A program made the position numbers and the translations under genes. From a virus (lineage: Duplodnaviria; Caudoviricetes), in IMG/VR virus record IMGVR_UViG_3300048861_000178, positions 32,001 to 96,000 of that record: DNA of 64,000 nucleotides. One strand, given 5' to 3'. The number at the start of each line of letters is the position of its first letter. The first letter of the stretch is position 1. A model generated the notes under the pieces. The model made no database searches. It saw only the letters and a program-made list of their open reading frames with translations, and was not told where the DNA came from. Shown here one piece after another: positions 46,504 to 54,787 of this stretch.

Positions 46504-46993
46504 CATGGAAGCAATTGCATCGGTTCAGGGGCTGCGTCCCTGGGTGATGGAGCTCGTGAAGAACGACGAGTGGTTGGACCGGTTTGATGCGGATACGGCG
46601 CGGCTGAACAAGGTGGTGATCCTGACGGCGACCAAGCCCTTCAATGGCGAGAAGGTCGACGTGTTTGGCATCATCCCCAAGGAAGCGCTCAAGCCCTTCG
46701 GATTGCACGAAAGCTTCATCGGCCGTCCGGCGCCCGTCCATCAGCTGGGTGCTGATCAGGCGATGGTGTTGATGGTGCGTTCGGTCGTCATTCCACACAC
46801 GCAAACCGCCTGGACACCGGGCCGAGACCCCAACAGTCGGGAAGTGGATTACTGCGACTTCATTGCGGCAGAACACGGCGTGAAGGACTTCGTGCACCGC
46901 ACGCTCGTGCATCAACGCCATACGGCCAAGTTCGGCGAGCAGATTGCCAACTTCCTGGGCAAGGGTGTGAAGCCGATCATCCTGCTCACATGA
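46493..46993 (+). CDS. hypothetical protein
   Basis: AAGGA RBS, overlaps both neighbours. Confidence 0.65.
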   Translation: MTGNMEAIASVQGLRPWVMELVKNDEWLDRFDADTARLNKVVILTATKPFNGEKVDVFGIIPKEALKPFGLHESFIGRPAPVHQLGADQAMVLMVRSVVIPHTQTAWTPGRDPNSREVDYCDFIAAEHGVKDFVHRTLVHQRHTAKFGEQIANFLGKGVKPIILLT

Positions 46994-47313
46994 GCGCGAA
47001 CCTCGATGCGTTTGCGCAGCAGTGCATGGCGAAGTATCCGGCTGCTCACGTATCGTGGTTTCTGATGTCCTCGTTCATTTACTACTACCACTGCAGTTCC
47101 TTGATTTCGGATGATCTGTTCGAAGGGATCTGCAAGTGGCTGGAACGTAATATCGACACGATCGAGCATCCGCACAAGCACCTCGTGACACCCGACATGT
47201 TTGCGATCGGCAGTGCGTTCGCGCTGAGTTACAAGGACTACCCGTTGCGGGTACGCTCAGCGGCCATGGCATTACTTTTCCAACTCGACGAATTGAATAA
47301 GAAGGAAACATGA
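46990..47313 (+). CDS. stand-alone protein resembling NAD-dependent DNA ligase subdomain Ia
   Basis: SFIYYYHCSSLISDDLFEGIC resembles the YY...P.ISD.EYD motif. Confidence 0.5.
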   Translation: MSANLDAFAQQCMAKYPAAHVSWFLMSSFIYYYHCSSLISDDLFEGICKWLERNIDTIEHPHKHLVTPDMFAIGSAFALSYKDYPLRVRSAAMALLFQLDELNKKET

Positions 47314-47657
47314 TTAACCTGAATAACGCGAATCCAGAGTTCTGCTTTGTCCTCGGCGTGGTGCTTCTGATTGCGATGTTTTACTTCGTCATGCGCGAAG
47401 AACAGGCGAAGAAGATTCGCGAGAGTCGTTACTGGCCCATTGCCTTTATTGGTTGGCCGCTCGCACTGTCGATTCCCGCTAAGTTGATGCTGCCGTTCTT
47501 TGACCAAGTGCCAATCAACGAAGACATTTTCGTGCCGTCATTGTTCGGTGCCGTCATGTTGCTTTGCAGCGGGTTGCTCTTCATTCAGCATCGCCGCATG
47601 AAGAAAGAAGCTGAGCGAGATTTCCAAAACGCCCTCCGACGAGCTCGCCATGGTTGA
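47310..47657 (+). CDS. three-pass membrane protein
   Basis: Three hydrophobic segments, ATGA overlap. Confidence 0.65.
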   Translation: MINLNNANPEFCFVLGVVLLIAMFYFVMREEQAKKIRESRYWPIAFIGWPLALSIPAKLMLPFFDQVPINEDIFVPSLFGAVMLLCSGLLFIQHRRMKKEAERDFQNALRRARHG

Positions 47658-47967
47658 TCCAGACATCCGGGCCGATCCGAACCTCACTAGCTCACTTAAG
47701 TGCAACGTGCTTTTAGTGGCGGATGAAGTTCACTATCGGCTCCAACTCGAAGAGAAGTGGATCGGGCATCTGCGAGAAGGCAAGCTGTACATCCGCAGTA
47801 CCAAGTGGCTGACACGGGAATGGAAGCACTGGCAGGAAAACACTGACATGGCGGTGGCGATCTATTCGTTGCTGCGTGCGGAGCTCTGCTACGAGATTCG
47901 TGATCTGCGGGTGGAGGCCGATCCCGATGCCCCTCACGCCGTCTTCAGCTTTTACGTAGTGACGTAA
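47650..47967 (+). CDS. hypothetical protein
   Basis: Operonic ORF. Confidence 0.55.
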   Translation: MVDPDIRADPNLTSSLKCNVLLVADEVHYRLQLEEKWIGHLREGKLYIRSTKWLTREWKHWQENTDMAVAIYSLLRAELCYEIRDLRVEADPDAPHAVFSFYVVT

Positions 47968-47979
47968 CAAGGATAAACA

Positions 47980-48876
47980 ATGTCTAACATTCTTCGCGCT
48001 GAACAACAATACCTGGACGGCCTACGCCGCATCCATGACGAAGGCGTCGATCTCCCCAATGCTCGTACCGGCATCGTTTGCCGCACGGTGATCAACGTCG
48101 ACCTCACGTACGATGCCACCAGCAACAAGGCGCCGATCGTCACGACGCGTAAAGCACCGACGAAGCTCCCGATCGCTGAACTGCTCGGTTACATCAAGGG
48201 CGTCACGTCGGCGGCTCAGATGCGTGCATTGGGAACCAAGTCTTGGGATGCCAATGCGAACGAAAATGGCTCGTGGCTGAAGAACCCCAATCGTGAAGGT
48301 GAAGACCATCTCGGACTGATCTACGGTGCGGTGGCCAAGAACTGGCCGGTCACTGAATTCTACACGTCGGATGGCGGTGAATCCCACGACACCCTCGACC
48401 TCTTCCGCAAGGTCTACGAGAACCTGAAGAAGGGCGTCGATGATCGGGGCGAAATCATCACGTTCTGGAATCCGGGCATGTTCCACTTGGGCTGCCTGCG
48501 GCCGTGCATGTACGAACATCAGTTCTCGCTGTTGGGTGACGACCTGTATCTGAATTCGACCCAGCGCTCTTCAGACTGGCCGCTCGGCACCGTGGCGAAC
48601 ATGGTGCAGGTCTGGTTGTTCCTGCGACTGATGGCGCAGATCACGGGCAAGAACCCGAAGTACGCGTATCACCGTAATGTGAACTCGCACATCTACGGCA
48701 ACCAGCTGGACTTGGTGCCCGTGCAGTTGAGCCGGTCGATTTTGGCTGAGCCGACGATTGACATCAACCCGGACATCAAGACGCTGGAAGATCTGGAAAC
48801 CTGGGTGACGGTCGACGATTTCAAGGTCACGTATCCGGAATACCATCCGGCGATCAACTATCCGTTTGCGGTGTGA
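47980..48876 (+). CDS. thyA: thymidylate synthase
   Basis: RTG, TTRK, LG.IYG, LRPC, QRSSD..LG...N, HIY.NQ. Confidence 0.95.
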   Translation: MSNILRAEQQYLDGLRRIHDEGVDLPNARTGIVCRTVINVDLTYDATSNKAPIVTTRKAPTKLPIAELLGYIKGVTSAAQMRALGTKSWDANANENGSWLKNPNREGEDHLGLIYGAVAKNWPVTEFYTSDGGESHDTLDLFRKVYENLKKGVDDRGEIITFWNPGMFHLGCLRPCMYEHQFSLLGDDLYLNSTQRSSDWPLGTVANMVQVWLFLRLMAQITGKNPKYAYHRNVNSHIYGNQLDLVPVQLSRSILAEPTIDINPDIKTLEDLETWVTVDDFKVTYPEYHPAINYPFAV

Positions 48877-49145
48877 GCATGTCCGAGAAAAGCCTAGAAG
48901 AAGAACTCGCGTTCTTGCGTGAGCGCGAGATAGAGGTCATCGGTTTGCTGGGGTTCTTGAAGCCCGTCATGCAAGCAAACGTCGATGTCAATTTCACGCT
49001 CAGTCGGGACGAGCATGGATTTGGAAAGCTCTATATGCATCCGCTCGCGGCCTCTGCAGAAGACGCCGGAGATAAGCCTGTCTGGTATGGTTCGGTGGCG
49101 GTGCTTTCACCGAGCTTTCTGAAGACGTTTGTCGATAAGGACTGA
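48873..49145 (+). CDS. hypothetical protein
   Basis: GTGA overlap with thyA. Confidence 0.6.
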   Translation: MSMSEKSLEEELAFLREREIEVIGLLGFLKPVMQANVDVNFTLSRDEHGFGKLYMHPLAASAEDAGDKPVWYGSVAVLSPSFLKTFVDKD

Positions 49146-49146
49146 C

Positions 49147-49392
49147 ATGGCCTACGCAAAAGTGCTCTGGCATCCGGCACAGAACCGCGCGCTCACGGAT
49201 GAGGAAGCCGCTTACGTAGATGCGTGTGCGATGCGGGCTATGGAAGGCTATATCTCCCGTGGTACGAATCTCACGTCAGCAGACATCGCGGACATCTCGT
49301 ACAAAACAGCGTTCATGATGCTAGACGTTCGCCAAGATCGCTACATGAAGATGATCAAGTACGAGGTCAAAGAAGAAACCCGACCGGCTTGA
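49147..49392 (+). CDS. hypothetical protein
   Basis: TAAGGA RBS before ATG 49147. Confidence 0.6.
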   Translation: MAYAKVLWHPAQNRALTDEEAAYVDACAMRAMEGYISRGTNLTSADIADISYKTAFMMLDVRQDRYMKMIKYEVKEETRPA

Positions 49393-49403
49393 AGGATAGA
49401 ATA

Positions 49404-50207
49404 ATGAGAAAGGACAAACTCGGCGATCGCATGAAGCGCTACGAGCTCTCGGACGATCGTCGTCTGATGCCGTTGTTGCCGATTGTCATCCGCATGGACG
49501 GGATCGCTTTCAGTACATTCACACGGGGTTTGAAGCGCCCGTACGACGAGCGGCTATCGACCTGCATGATCGAGACCACCAAGGGTTTGGTCGAGCGCTG
49601 GCACGCTACGTTGGGCTATACGCAAAGCGACGAGATCACGATCTTCCTGAAGAACGACGACCCGATGGCGCTGATGCCGTACGATGGTCGCGTACAGAAG
49701 TTGATCGGCGCGTTTGCCTCGTCGGTCACCGGCAAGTTCATTCGCCAGATGAATCTGCATCTGCCGGAGAAGGTCCACAAAGATCCGGAGTTCGACTGCC
49801 GGGTCTGGCAACTGCCGAACATGGCGGAAGTCTTCAACATGTTCCTGTGGCGAGAATCGGATGCGACCACCAATAGCATCCAGATGGCGGCACAGTCGCA
49901 GTACAGCCACAAGCAGTTGCACAAGAAGGGCTGGTCGGATCTGAACGAGATGCTCTTCCAGAAGGGCATCAACTACAACGACTACCCGGCCTTCTTCAAG
50001 CGCGGTACGTACGCACGTCGTACGGTGGTGCATCGCATCCTGACGGCCGAGGAATTGAACAAGATCCCTGACAAGCATCGTCACTTGCATCAAGGGATCG
50101 TCACGCGCAGTGAACTCATTGCGATCGACATGCCTGCGATCCATTCGATCAAGGGCGGCATGGAAGAACTGCTCGGCTACACGAAGCCGCGCGCATTGTT
50201 GGGGTAA
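49404..50207 (+). CDS. tRNA(His) guanylyltransferase Thg1-like 3'-5' polymerase
   Basis: LGDRMK.YE, IRMDGIAFSTFT, YTQSDEIT, GRVQK, FDCRV, WRESDATTN. Confidence 0.92.
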   Translation: MRKDKLGDRMKRYELSDDRRLMPLLPIVIRMDGIAFSTFTRGLKRPYDERLSTCMIETTKGLVERWHATLGYTQSDEITIFLKNDDPMALMPYDGRVQKLIGAFASSVTGKFIRQMNLHLPEKVHKDPEFDCRVWQLPNMAEVFNMFLWRESDATTNSIQMAAQSQYSHKQLHKKGWSDLNEMLFQKGINYNDYPAFFKRGTYARRTVVHRILTAEELNKIPDKHRHLHQGIVTRSELIAIDMPAIHSIKGGMEELLGYTKPRALLG

Positions 50208-50209
50208 GC

Positions 50210-50917
50210 ATGGGCGCACAATACAAAGAAACTGGCTATCAGCCGGACATTTCCGAGTGGATTAGCAATCAGGTGTACGTACCGCGTAATCTGATCGCGG
50301 CGGTGACGCGGAATGTCTCGACTGACCAGGACAGCGGCGAGCTGTACGCAGGCATGATCAAGGCCGTGCTGGAGCTCCATCCGTACTCGATCGATGGTTT
50401 CTGGACCGGCTTCAATGAAGATGGTTTCTTCGCGCCGGACCCGCGCTTTAAGGTCTGCGAGAAGTACGGCCGTCCAGTCGATCGCCTGCTCACGCACTGG
50501 CGGCGTGATTACAACTGCTACCAGCACACCGCGCATCCGATCCAGGGCAAGGAACGTCCAACCAAGGAACAGTGCACGATCGACGTGATGTTTATCGAAC
50601 CGGACCCCACCTGTACTAAGGTGGTGCAGGCGTGGCACATGTTCCAAATGTTTCCGGAAGAATACGCAGGCCTGCAATCGAAGCGCGATCTGATGCGTGC
50701 TTCGCCGGTGTTTAATTTCCACGGTTTTCGCGTTCATCGACGTGTCAAGGGCTCCGTGTGCGAATTCACGCTCGGTTACGAGTCGTACCAAGAAGGTGAC
50801 GGCGCGATCGAGCAGGCGCAGGAGATCTTGAACGGCATGGTTATTGAAAGCGCTAATCCATTCAAACGACAAGAATTCGTCACCGCTATTGCGGCAGACG
50901 TTAACAGTAAGGAGTAG
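50210..50917 (+). CDS. phiKZ-type tail-tube-like paralog
   Basis: TIDVMFIEPDPTCTKVVQAWHMFQMFP..G..SKRD recalled as the phiKZ-like tail tube motif; paralogous to the next gene. Confidence 0.55.
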   Translation: MGAQYKETGYQPDISEWISNQVYVPRNLIAAVTRNVSTDQDSGELYAGMIKAVLELHPYSIDGFWTGFNEDGFFAPDPRFKVCEKYGRPVDRLLTHWRRDYNCYQHTAHPIQGKERPTKEQCTIDVMFIEPDPTCTKVVQAWHMFQMFPEEYAGLQSKRDLMRASPVFNFHGFRVHRRVKGSVCEFTLGYESYQEGDGAIEQAQEILNGMVIESANPFKRQEFVTAIAADVNSKE

Positions 50918-50921
50918 GAAG

Positions 50922-51980
50922 ATGTCGGCAGGATCACGTAAGAAACACAGCAACGGCCACAAGCAGTATCAAGGCGGCACTCAGGACCATCTGGAAGTCG
51001 AGTCTTTGCTCGCCGGGGCAGGCAATGGTCGGGACATCGAAGAACGTCTGAACGCTGGCTTGAAGGCAACCGAAGTTCTGGACCTGAGCGCAGAGCAACG
51101 TCTGGACAAGGCTATCGACGGCGCCACCAATTTGCCGACCAATGAACAGGGTCAGGTCAATGCCGACGATCTGGTGAAGGCCGGGAACGAGCTGAATGCC
51201 GCGCTGAAGGAAGTGGCTCGGCGTCCGGAAGCAGGTCCGGCACCTGCGGCAGAAGGTGTGGCATGGGTCAAGAAAGACGCACCCGAAGACGGTGTAATGG
51301 GCGGTGTACCGGGTTTCGGTATTGGCAATGAAGGTCCGGTCACTGCAGGCAACGCAGATACCGAGAAGCAACCGGAAGGCCTTACACCCCGGAAAGTCTA
51401 CGAGGGGCGCAACATCGTTGCCGTGGTGGTGCGCGGCGTGCGTGACGCGCTCTTCACCGCGAAGTTCAACGCGGAGCTGAAAGACCTGATCGAATTTCAG
51501 TCGTTTCGTATCAAGGGCTTGCGTACGGGCTTTAAGGTCGGCGACATCTCGAAGACGCAAGTGCGCGTCATTCAAGCTGACTCGCAAGTCCAGCTCAGCT
51601 GGCTCGAGCGCGAAGGGCGCCACATCGACACCCTCATGCATCAGTGGGGGGACCGCTACAACGACTACCTGCTCGACGCTGAGCAAGCAAAAGACAATCG
51701 CGCTTACAAGGCGAAGATCGCGCAGGAAGACGTGACGATCGACGTCGTGTTCTTCGAGCCTGATCCGCAGCACCGTACGGTGCTCGCGGCGTGGAAGGGC
51801 GTGAATCTGTATCCGGCTCTTTATCTCGGACTGGATTCGATGCGCGATACGAACGGCTGTGCATACGGCGACCAGGCTGTTTCGGCGCATTTCGCGGGCA
51901 CCTACGTGCGCGGTAGCAACGTCATGGAAGAAGCGCAGAAGTTGCTGGATGGCATTGCGTGCCCTGTGGCTGAATGCTAA
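50922..51980 (+). CDS. phiKZ-type tail-tube-like paralog with long acidic N-terminal extension
   Basis: TIDVVFFEPDPQHRTVLAAWKGVNLYP..G..SMRD; start at ATG 50922 (TAAGGAG). Confidence 0.55.
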   Translation: MSAGSRKKHSNGHKQYQGGTQDHLEVESLLAGAGNGRDIEERLNAGLKATEVLDLSAEQRLDKAIDGATNLPTNEQGQVNADDLVKAGNELNAALKEVARRPEAGPAPAAEGVAWVKKDAPEDGVMGGVPGFGIGNEGPVTAGNADTEKQPEGLTPRKVYEGRNIVAVVVRGVRDALFTAKFNAELKDLIEFQSFRIKGLRTGFKVGDISKTQVRVIQADSQVQLSWLEREGRHIDTLMHQWGDRYNDYLLDAEQAKDNRAYKAKIAQEDVTIDVVFFEPDPQHRTVLAAWKGVNLYPALYLGLDSMRDTNGCAYGDQAVSAHFAGTYVRGSNVMEEAQKLLDGIACPVAEC

Positions 51981-52114
51981 AGCTCGGCGTCATAAGCGCA
52001 GTGATGGTCCTCGCGGGCCTCACTGCGATCGGTGTAGTAGGGTGGGAGGTGGTCGAAGGTACGGCTCACTTCTTTCGTTTTAGCATGACGGGTCTCGGCT
52101 CGTTGCTGCGGTAG
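51974..52114 (+). CDS. 46-aa membrane peptide (not in ORF track)
   Basis: MLKLGVISAVMVLAGLTAIGVVGW...; overlaps the previous stop. Confidence 0.45.
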   Translation: MLKLGVISAVMVLAGLTAIGVVGWEVVEGTAHFFRFSMTGLGSLLR

Positions 52115-52150
52115 CTATGAGGTGAAACCTTCTTCAAACCAGGAGGGGCA

Positions 52151-52399
52151 ATGTATCAGCATGACGTGTTGGTGCAGATCGGCAGTCTCTGGTTTACGCT
52201 GGTGTTTTTCCTTGTATTGTATTGCCTCTGGCGCTGGTTAGTTTTACGTTCCCGGCGTCTTCAGGGTAGGATCAGCTATCGTCGCTACGAGATGTATATA
52301 CAGCAACTGCACCGACGCAGCCGCTGGGTGCTCGTCGCTTCTTTGCTCGTTGTGACGTTTCTCTACGCAGTGATTACCGAACTCAATTCAAAGGGGTAG
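52151..52399 (+). CDS. two-pass membrane protein
   Basis: AGGAGG RBS; two TM segments around an Arg-rich loop. Confidence 0.65.
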   Translation: MYQHDVLVQIGSLWFTLVFFLVLYCLWRWLVLRSRRLQGRISYRRYEMYIQQLHRRSRWVLVASLLVVTFLYAVITELNSKG

Positions 52400-52401
52400 G
52401 C

Positions 52402-52725
52402 ATGGCATTTGAACAACCGAAGAGCAGCGAGAACCGTGATGGGTTCTGCTTCGACACCCTTCTCGCGCTGGCTAAAGACGGTCCGTGCTGGGATGGGGAT
52501 GTGCCGTCAAAGTCTGGCCGCAATGACCTGATCGAACACGGCATGGCGATCCGGGTGGTCGTCAAGGGTGAAGATGGTTTCACGGCACTCACCTACAAGG
52601 GGCGTGACTTCTTCGTGAAGTACATGGAGTGCGACACCCTCAAGCAGGCACTCGAGAAGCAGCGCCAGAGCTTTATCAAGGGCTGGCGCGAGCGTAACGA
52701 ACTCACGGATATTGCGGTCAATTAA
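52402..52725 (+). CDS. hypothetical phage protein
   Basis: GPCWDGDVPSKSGR..LTYKGR; operonic. Confidence 0.65.
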   Translation: MAFEQPKSSENRDGFCFDTLLALAKDGPCWDGDVPSKSGRNDLIEHGMAIRVVVKGEDGFTALTYKGRDFFVKYMECDTLKQALEKQRQSFIKGWRERNELTDIAVN

Positions 52726-52796
52726 CCTTCCACTCAGATACCACATTCTGTGAGGAACATGCACGGCGTTTGTAGGAGTTCGACAGACGACTGGGC

Positions 52797-52920
52797 TTTT
52801 TAGCGTGAGCAGGGGTTGCCTAGTCAGGCTGCCTCCTGCTTTCGCTAGAAAATCTATTTATGCCGTTGTTCCGTTAGGGAATAGATGAGCCATGTCTAGT
52901 AAATTCTATCCAGACGCGGC
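52797..52920 (+). other. structured intergenic region (long hairpin, TTTATGCCG, further stems)
   Basis: About 24-bp imperfect stem at 52797-52852; GCCATGTCT..AGACGCGGC stem to 52920. Confidence 0.5.
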
Positions 52921-52961
52921 ATTTTGTAGAAGAGTAAGACCCTTATAACCGACAAGAAACC

Positions 52962-53609
52962 ATGGCCGCTAATCACGGGGCACGTAATACGCACGGGATG
53001 TCACGAGACCGACTGTACTGGCGCTGGATGGGGATTCACGCCAAGTGCTACCGTGAAGACAATCAAAGCTACAAGCGCTACGGTGCGAGGGGAATTAGTG
53101 TTGAGTGGGTGTGGCATCGGGATAACAACCTCGGGCTGCAGAACTTCCTCAACTGGCTGAGCGAGAAATTGCAAGAACAGGGTAATCCTGAGAAGTACGC
53201 AGTTGTGCTAGATGATCAGACGAAGAACTTCGGACCAGGCAACTGCTTGGTGCGCAGTCACCAATTCGCTATCCAGCGGCGCGAGCACAATGCGTTCAGT
53301 CCTGCTAAGGTGCTCGAGATGCGCCAGTACAAACGAGCGCAGCCGGAGGCCACACTGGAGCAGATGGCTGAACTATTCGGGGGGTCCGTTTCAAGCGTCT
53401 CACGAGTACTGTCAGGCGTAGATTACGCCAACCTGAATGAGATTGCACCACCCATTGACGTCGACCAAATAAGAAAGGGGATTAAAGCGACGCACGGAAA
53501 ACGCCGTAAGGCGAAGAAGCCTGCCCAAGAAAAGAAACCTGATCCCAACCCACCGACGACCGTTCGCCGTCTATACCGAAGCGGACAACTCCTGGTAGTA
53601 ATTGAATAA
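52962..53609 (+). CDS. degenerate HNH-endonuclease-like protein with C-terminal HTH
   Basis: HGMSR.RLY..W....KCY.....YKRYGARGISV; eroded core LDDQTKNFGPGNC; HTH TLEQMAELFGGSVSSVSRV. Confidence 0.7.
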   Translation: MAANHGARNTHGMSRDRLYWRWMGIHAKCYREDNQSYKRYGARGISVEWVWHRDNNLGLQNFLNWLSEKLQEQGNPEKYAVVLDDQTKNFGPGNCLVRSHQFAIQRREHNAFSPAKVLEMRQYKRAQPEATLEQMAELFGGSVSSVSRVLSGVDYANLNEIAPPIDVDQIRKGIKATHGKRRKAKKPAQEKKPDPNPPTTVRRLYRSGQLLVVIE

Positions 53610-54315
53610 GCATCTTTTCGGGGATAACAAGATGTTTGGCTTCTTTGTGTGGTTTCGTGTAGCAGTAGTAGTTGTAACCGTGTGGATGTTGGTCAGTGCG
53701 CGGGTGTCGCACCCGAGCCACCTCCTCACTTTCTTGGCAGGCATGGCGCTGCTCAGTCTTCTCTCCGATGAGAAGCTCAAGCAGTGGTTCGTTCTACCCG
53801 AACCGCCCCGTGCTGTCAAGGTTCCCGATCATGATGGCGCCTCGCCCGGTCTGGAATGTTTGATTGGTAGTCCGGACGAGTTCAAGGAACATCGCGCGGA
53901 CCCGTACGACGAAGAGCGCATTGTGGGCTCCGCAGTGCTGCACTATGGTACGGGTCAGATCTGGGCAGTCGAGGCACCTGGGCGCCATCATCACGTCCTG
54001 TGGGCCATGGATATGCTGAAGGTCCCGCCAGTGTATCACCGAGACCAGGGCTTTCTCACGAATTGGGGACGTTACGTCGACCGGAAAGAAGCAGCATTGA
54101 TCGCCGCCGCGGCGAATCAGTTGCTCGATAAACAATTTACTCCGCCCGAACTTTATAGCGAAGACGTTTGGGTGACACCCCCGTGGGAGAACAAGCATGA
54201 CGGCAGTAGCGGTACCGAAGGACTACACCAGCCCGCAGTGGGACAGGACGATGGAGCATGGGGACTGGAAGAACTACATCAACGAGGGGCTTCAGAAGGT
54301 CTGGGCGTCGTTTAA
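53602..54315 (+). CDS. membrane-anchored hypothetical protein
   Basis: Two N-terminal hydrophobic segments, then GRHHHV..DQGFLT..GRYVDR.EA..LYSEDVW; start uncertain. Confidence 0.6.
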   Translation: MNKHLFGDNKMFGFFVWFRVAVVVVTVWMLVSARVSHPSHLLTFLAGMALLSLLSDEKLKQWFVLPEPPRAVKVPDHDGASPGLECLIGSPDEFKEHRADPYDEERIVGSAVLHYGTGQIWAVEAPGRHHHVLWAMDMLKVPPVYHRDQGFLTNWGRYVDRKEAALIAAAANQLLDKQFTPPELYSEDVWVTPPWENKHDGSSGTEGLHQPAVGQDDGAWGLEELHQRGASEGLGVV

Positions 54316-54397
54316 CGCTGCGCAACAGATGCTGATCGCTGTGAACGCGCAAGAACAAGCGGACGCCCTCAGCGGCGCGGCATTCAAACGGGGATAA
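54197..54397 (+). CDS. small Trp-rich hypothetical protein
   Basis: GGGAG RBS; PQW..HGDWKNY..W; stop 3 nt before the next gene. Confidence 0.55.
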   Translation: MTAVAVPKDYTSPQWDRTMEHGDWKNYINEGLQKVWASFNAAQQMLIAVNAQEQADALSGAAFKRG

Positions 54398-54400
54398 GAA

Positions 54401-54730
54401 GTGACGAAGCTTTTGAGTAAAGTGCTTTCCCAAGAGGAAGCCGATGCTTTTGCTGAGACGGCGGTGCGCACCAAAGCCCGCGAACTGCTGGAGCTCGCTG
54501 ACGCGCTCGGTCTGAAAGTCACGATCGATCTCGTGCCGAACCAGCCGCTTTCGACCGCGGATGTGAAACCCCGTGTGGAGTTGCGGCGCAAGCGTATCCT
54601 GCTCGATAAGGGTGCGTACCTTTTCACTGATCCGGATGTGATCAAGAAGGTCGTGACCAAAGCGTTCCCGATCGATCAGTTGCAGCACGTCGCCTTCAAG
54701 ACGGAAATGAAGCTGAAGCGCGAGCAATAA
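54401..54730 (+). CDS. hypothetical protein
   Basis: GTG start, followed by a hairpin. Confidence 0.6.
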   Translation: MTKLLSKVLSQEEADAFAETAVRTKARELLELADALGLKVTIDLVPNQPLSTADVKPRVELRRKRILLDKGAYLFTDPDVIKKVVTKAFPIDQLQHVAFKTEMKLKREQ

Positions 54731-54736
54731 CACGTA

Positions 54737-54778
54737 CCCAGGGGCTACGGTCCCTGGGACAAGACCACGACTTTTTTT
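54737..54778 (+). terminator. probable terminator
   Basis: CCCAGGGGC-TACG-GTCCCTGGG, T7 a short distance downstream. Confidence 0.55.
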
Positions 54779-54787
54779 GGCATTACC

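Noticed and set aside
47980-48876. dCMP/dUMP hydroxymethylase (modified-base pathway)
   Set aside because: Retains the Asn after QRSxD..LG typical of dUMP-specific ThyA, DHFR is present, and no modification cluster is adjacent.
52726-52961. tRNA gene (GTTCGA near 52778)
   Set aside because: No cloverleaf or acceptor stem could be built by eye; tRNAscan or ARAGORN would settle it.
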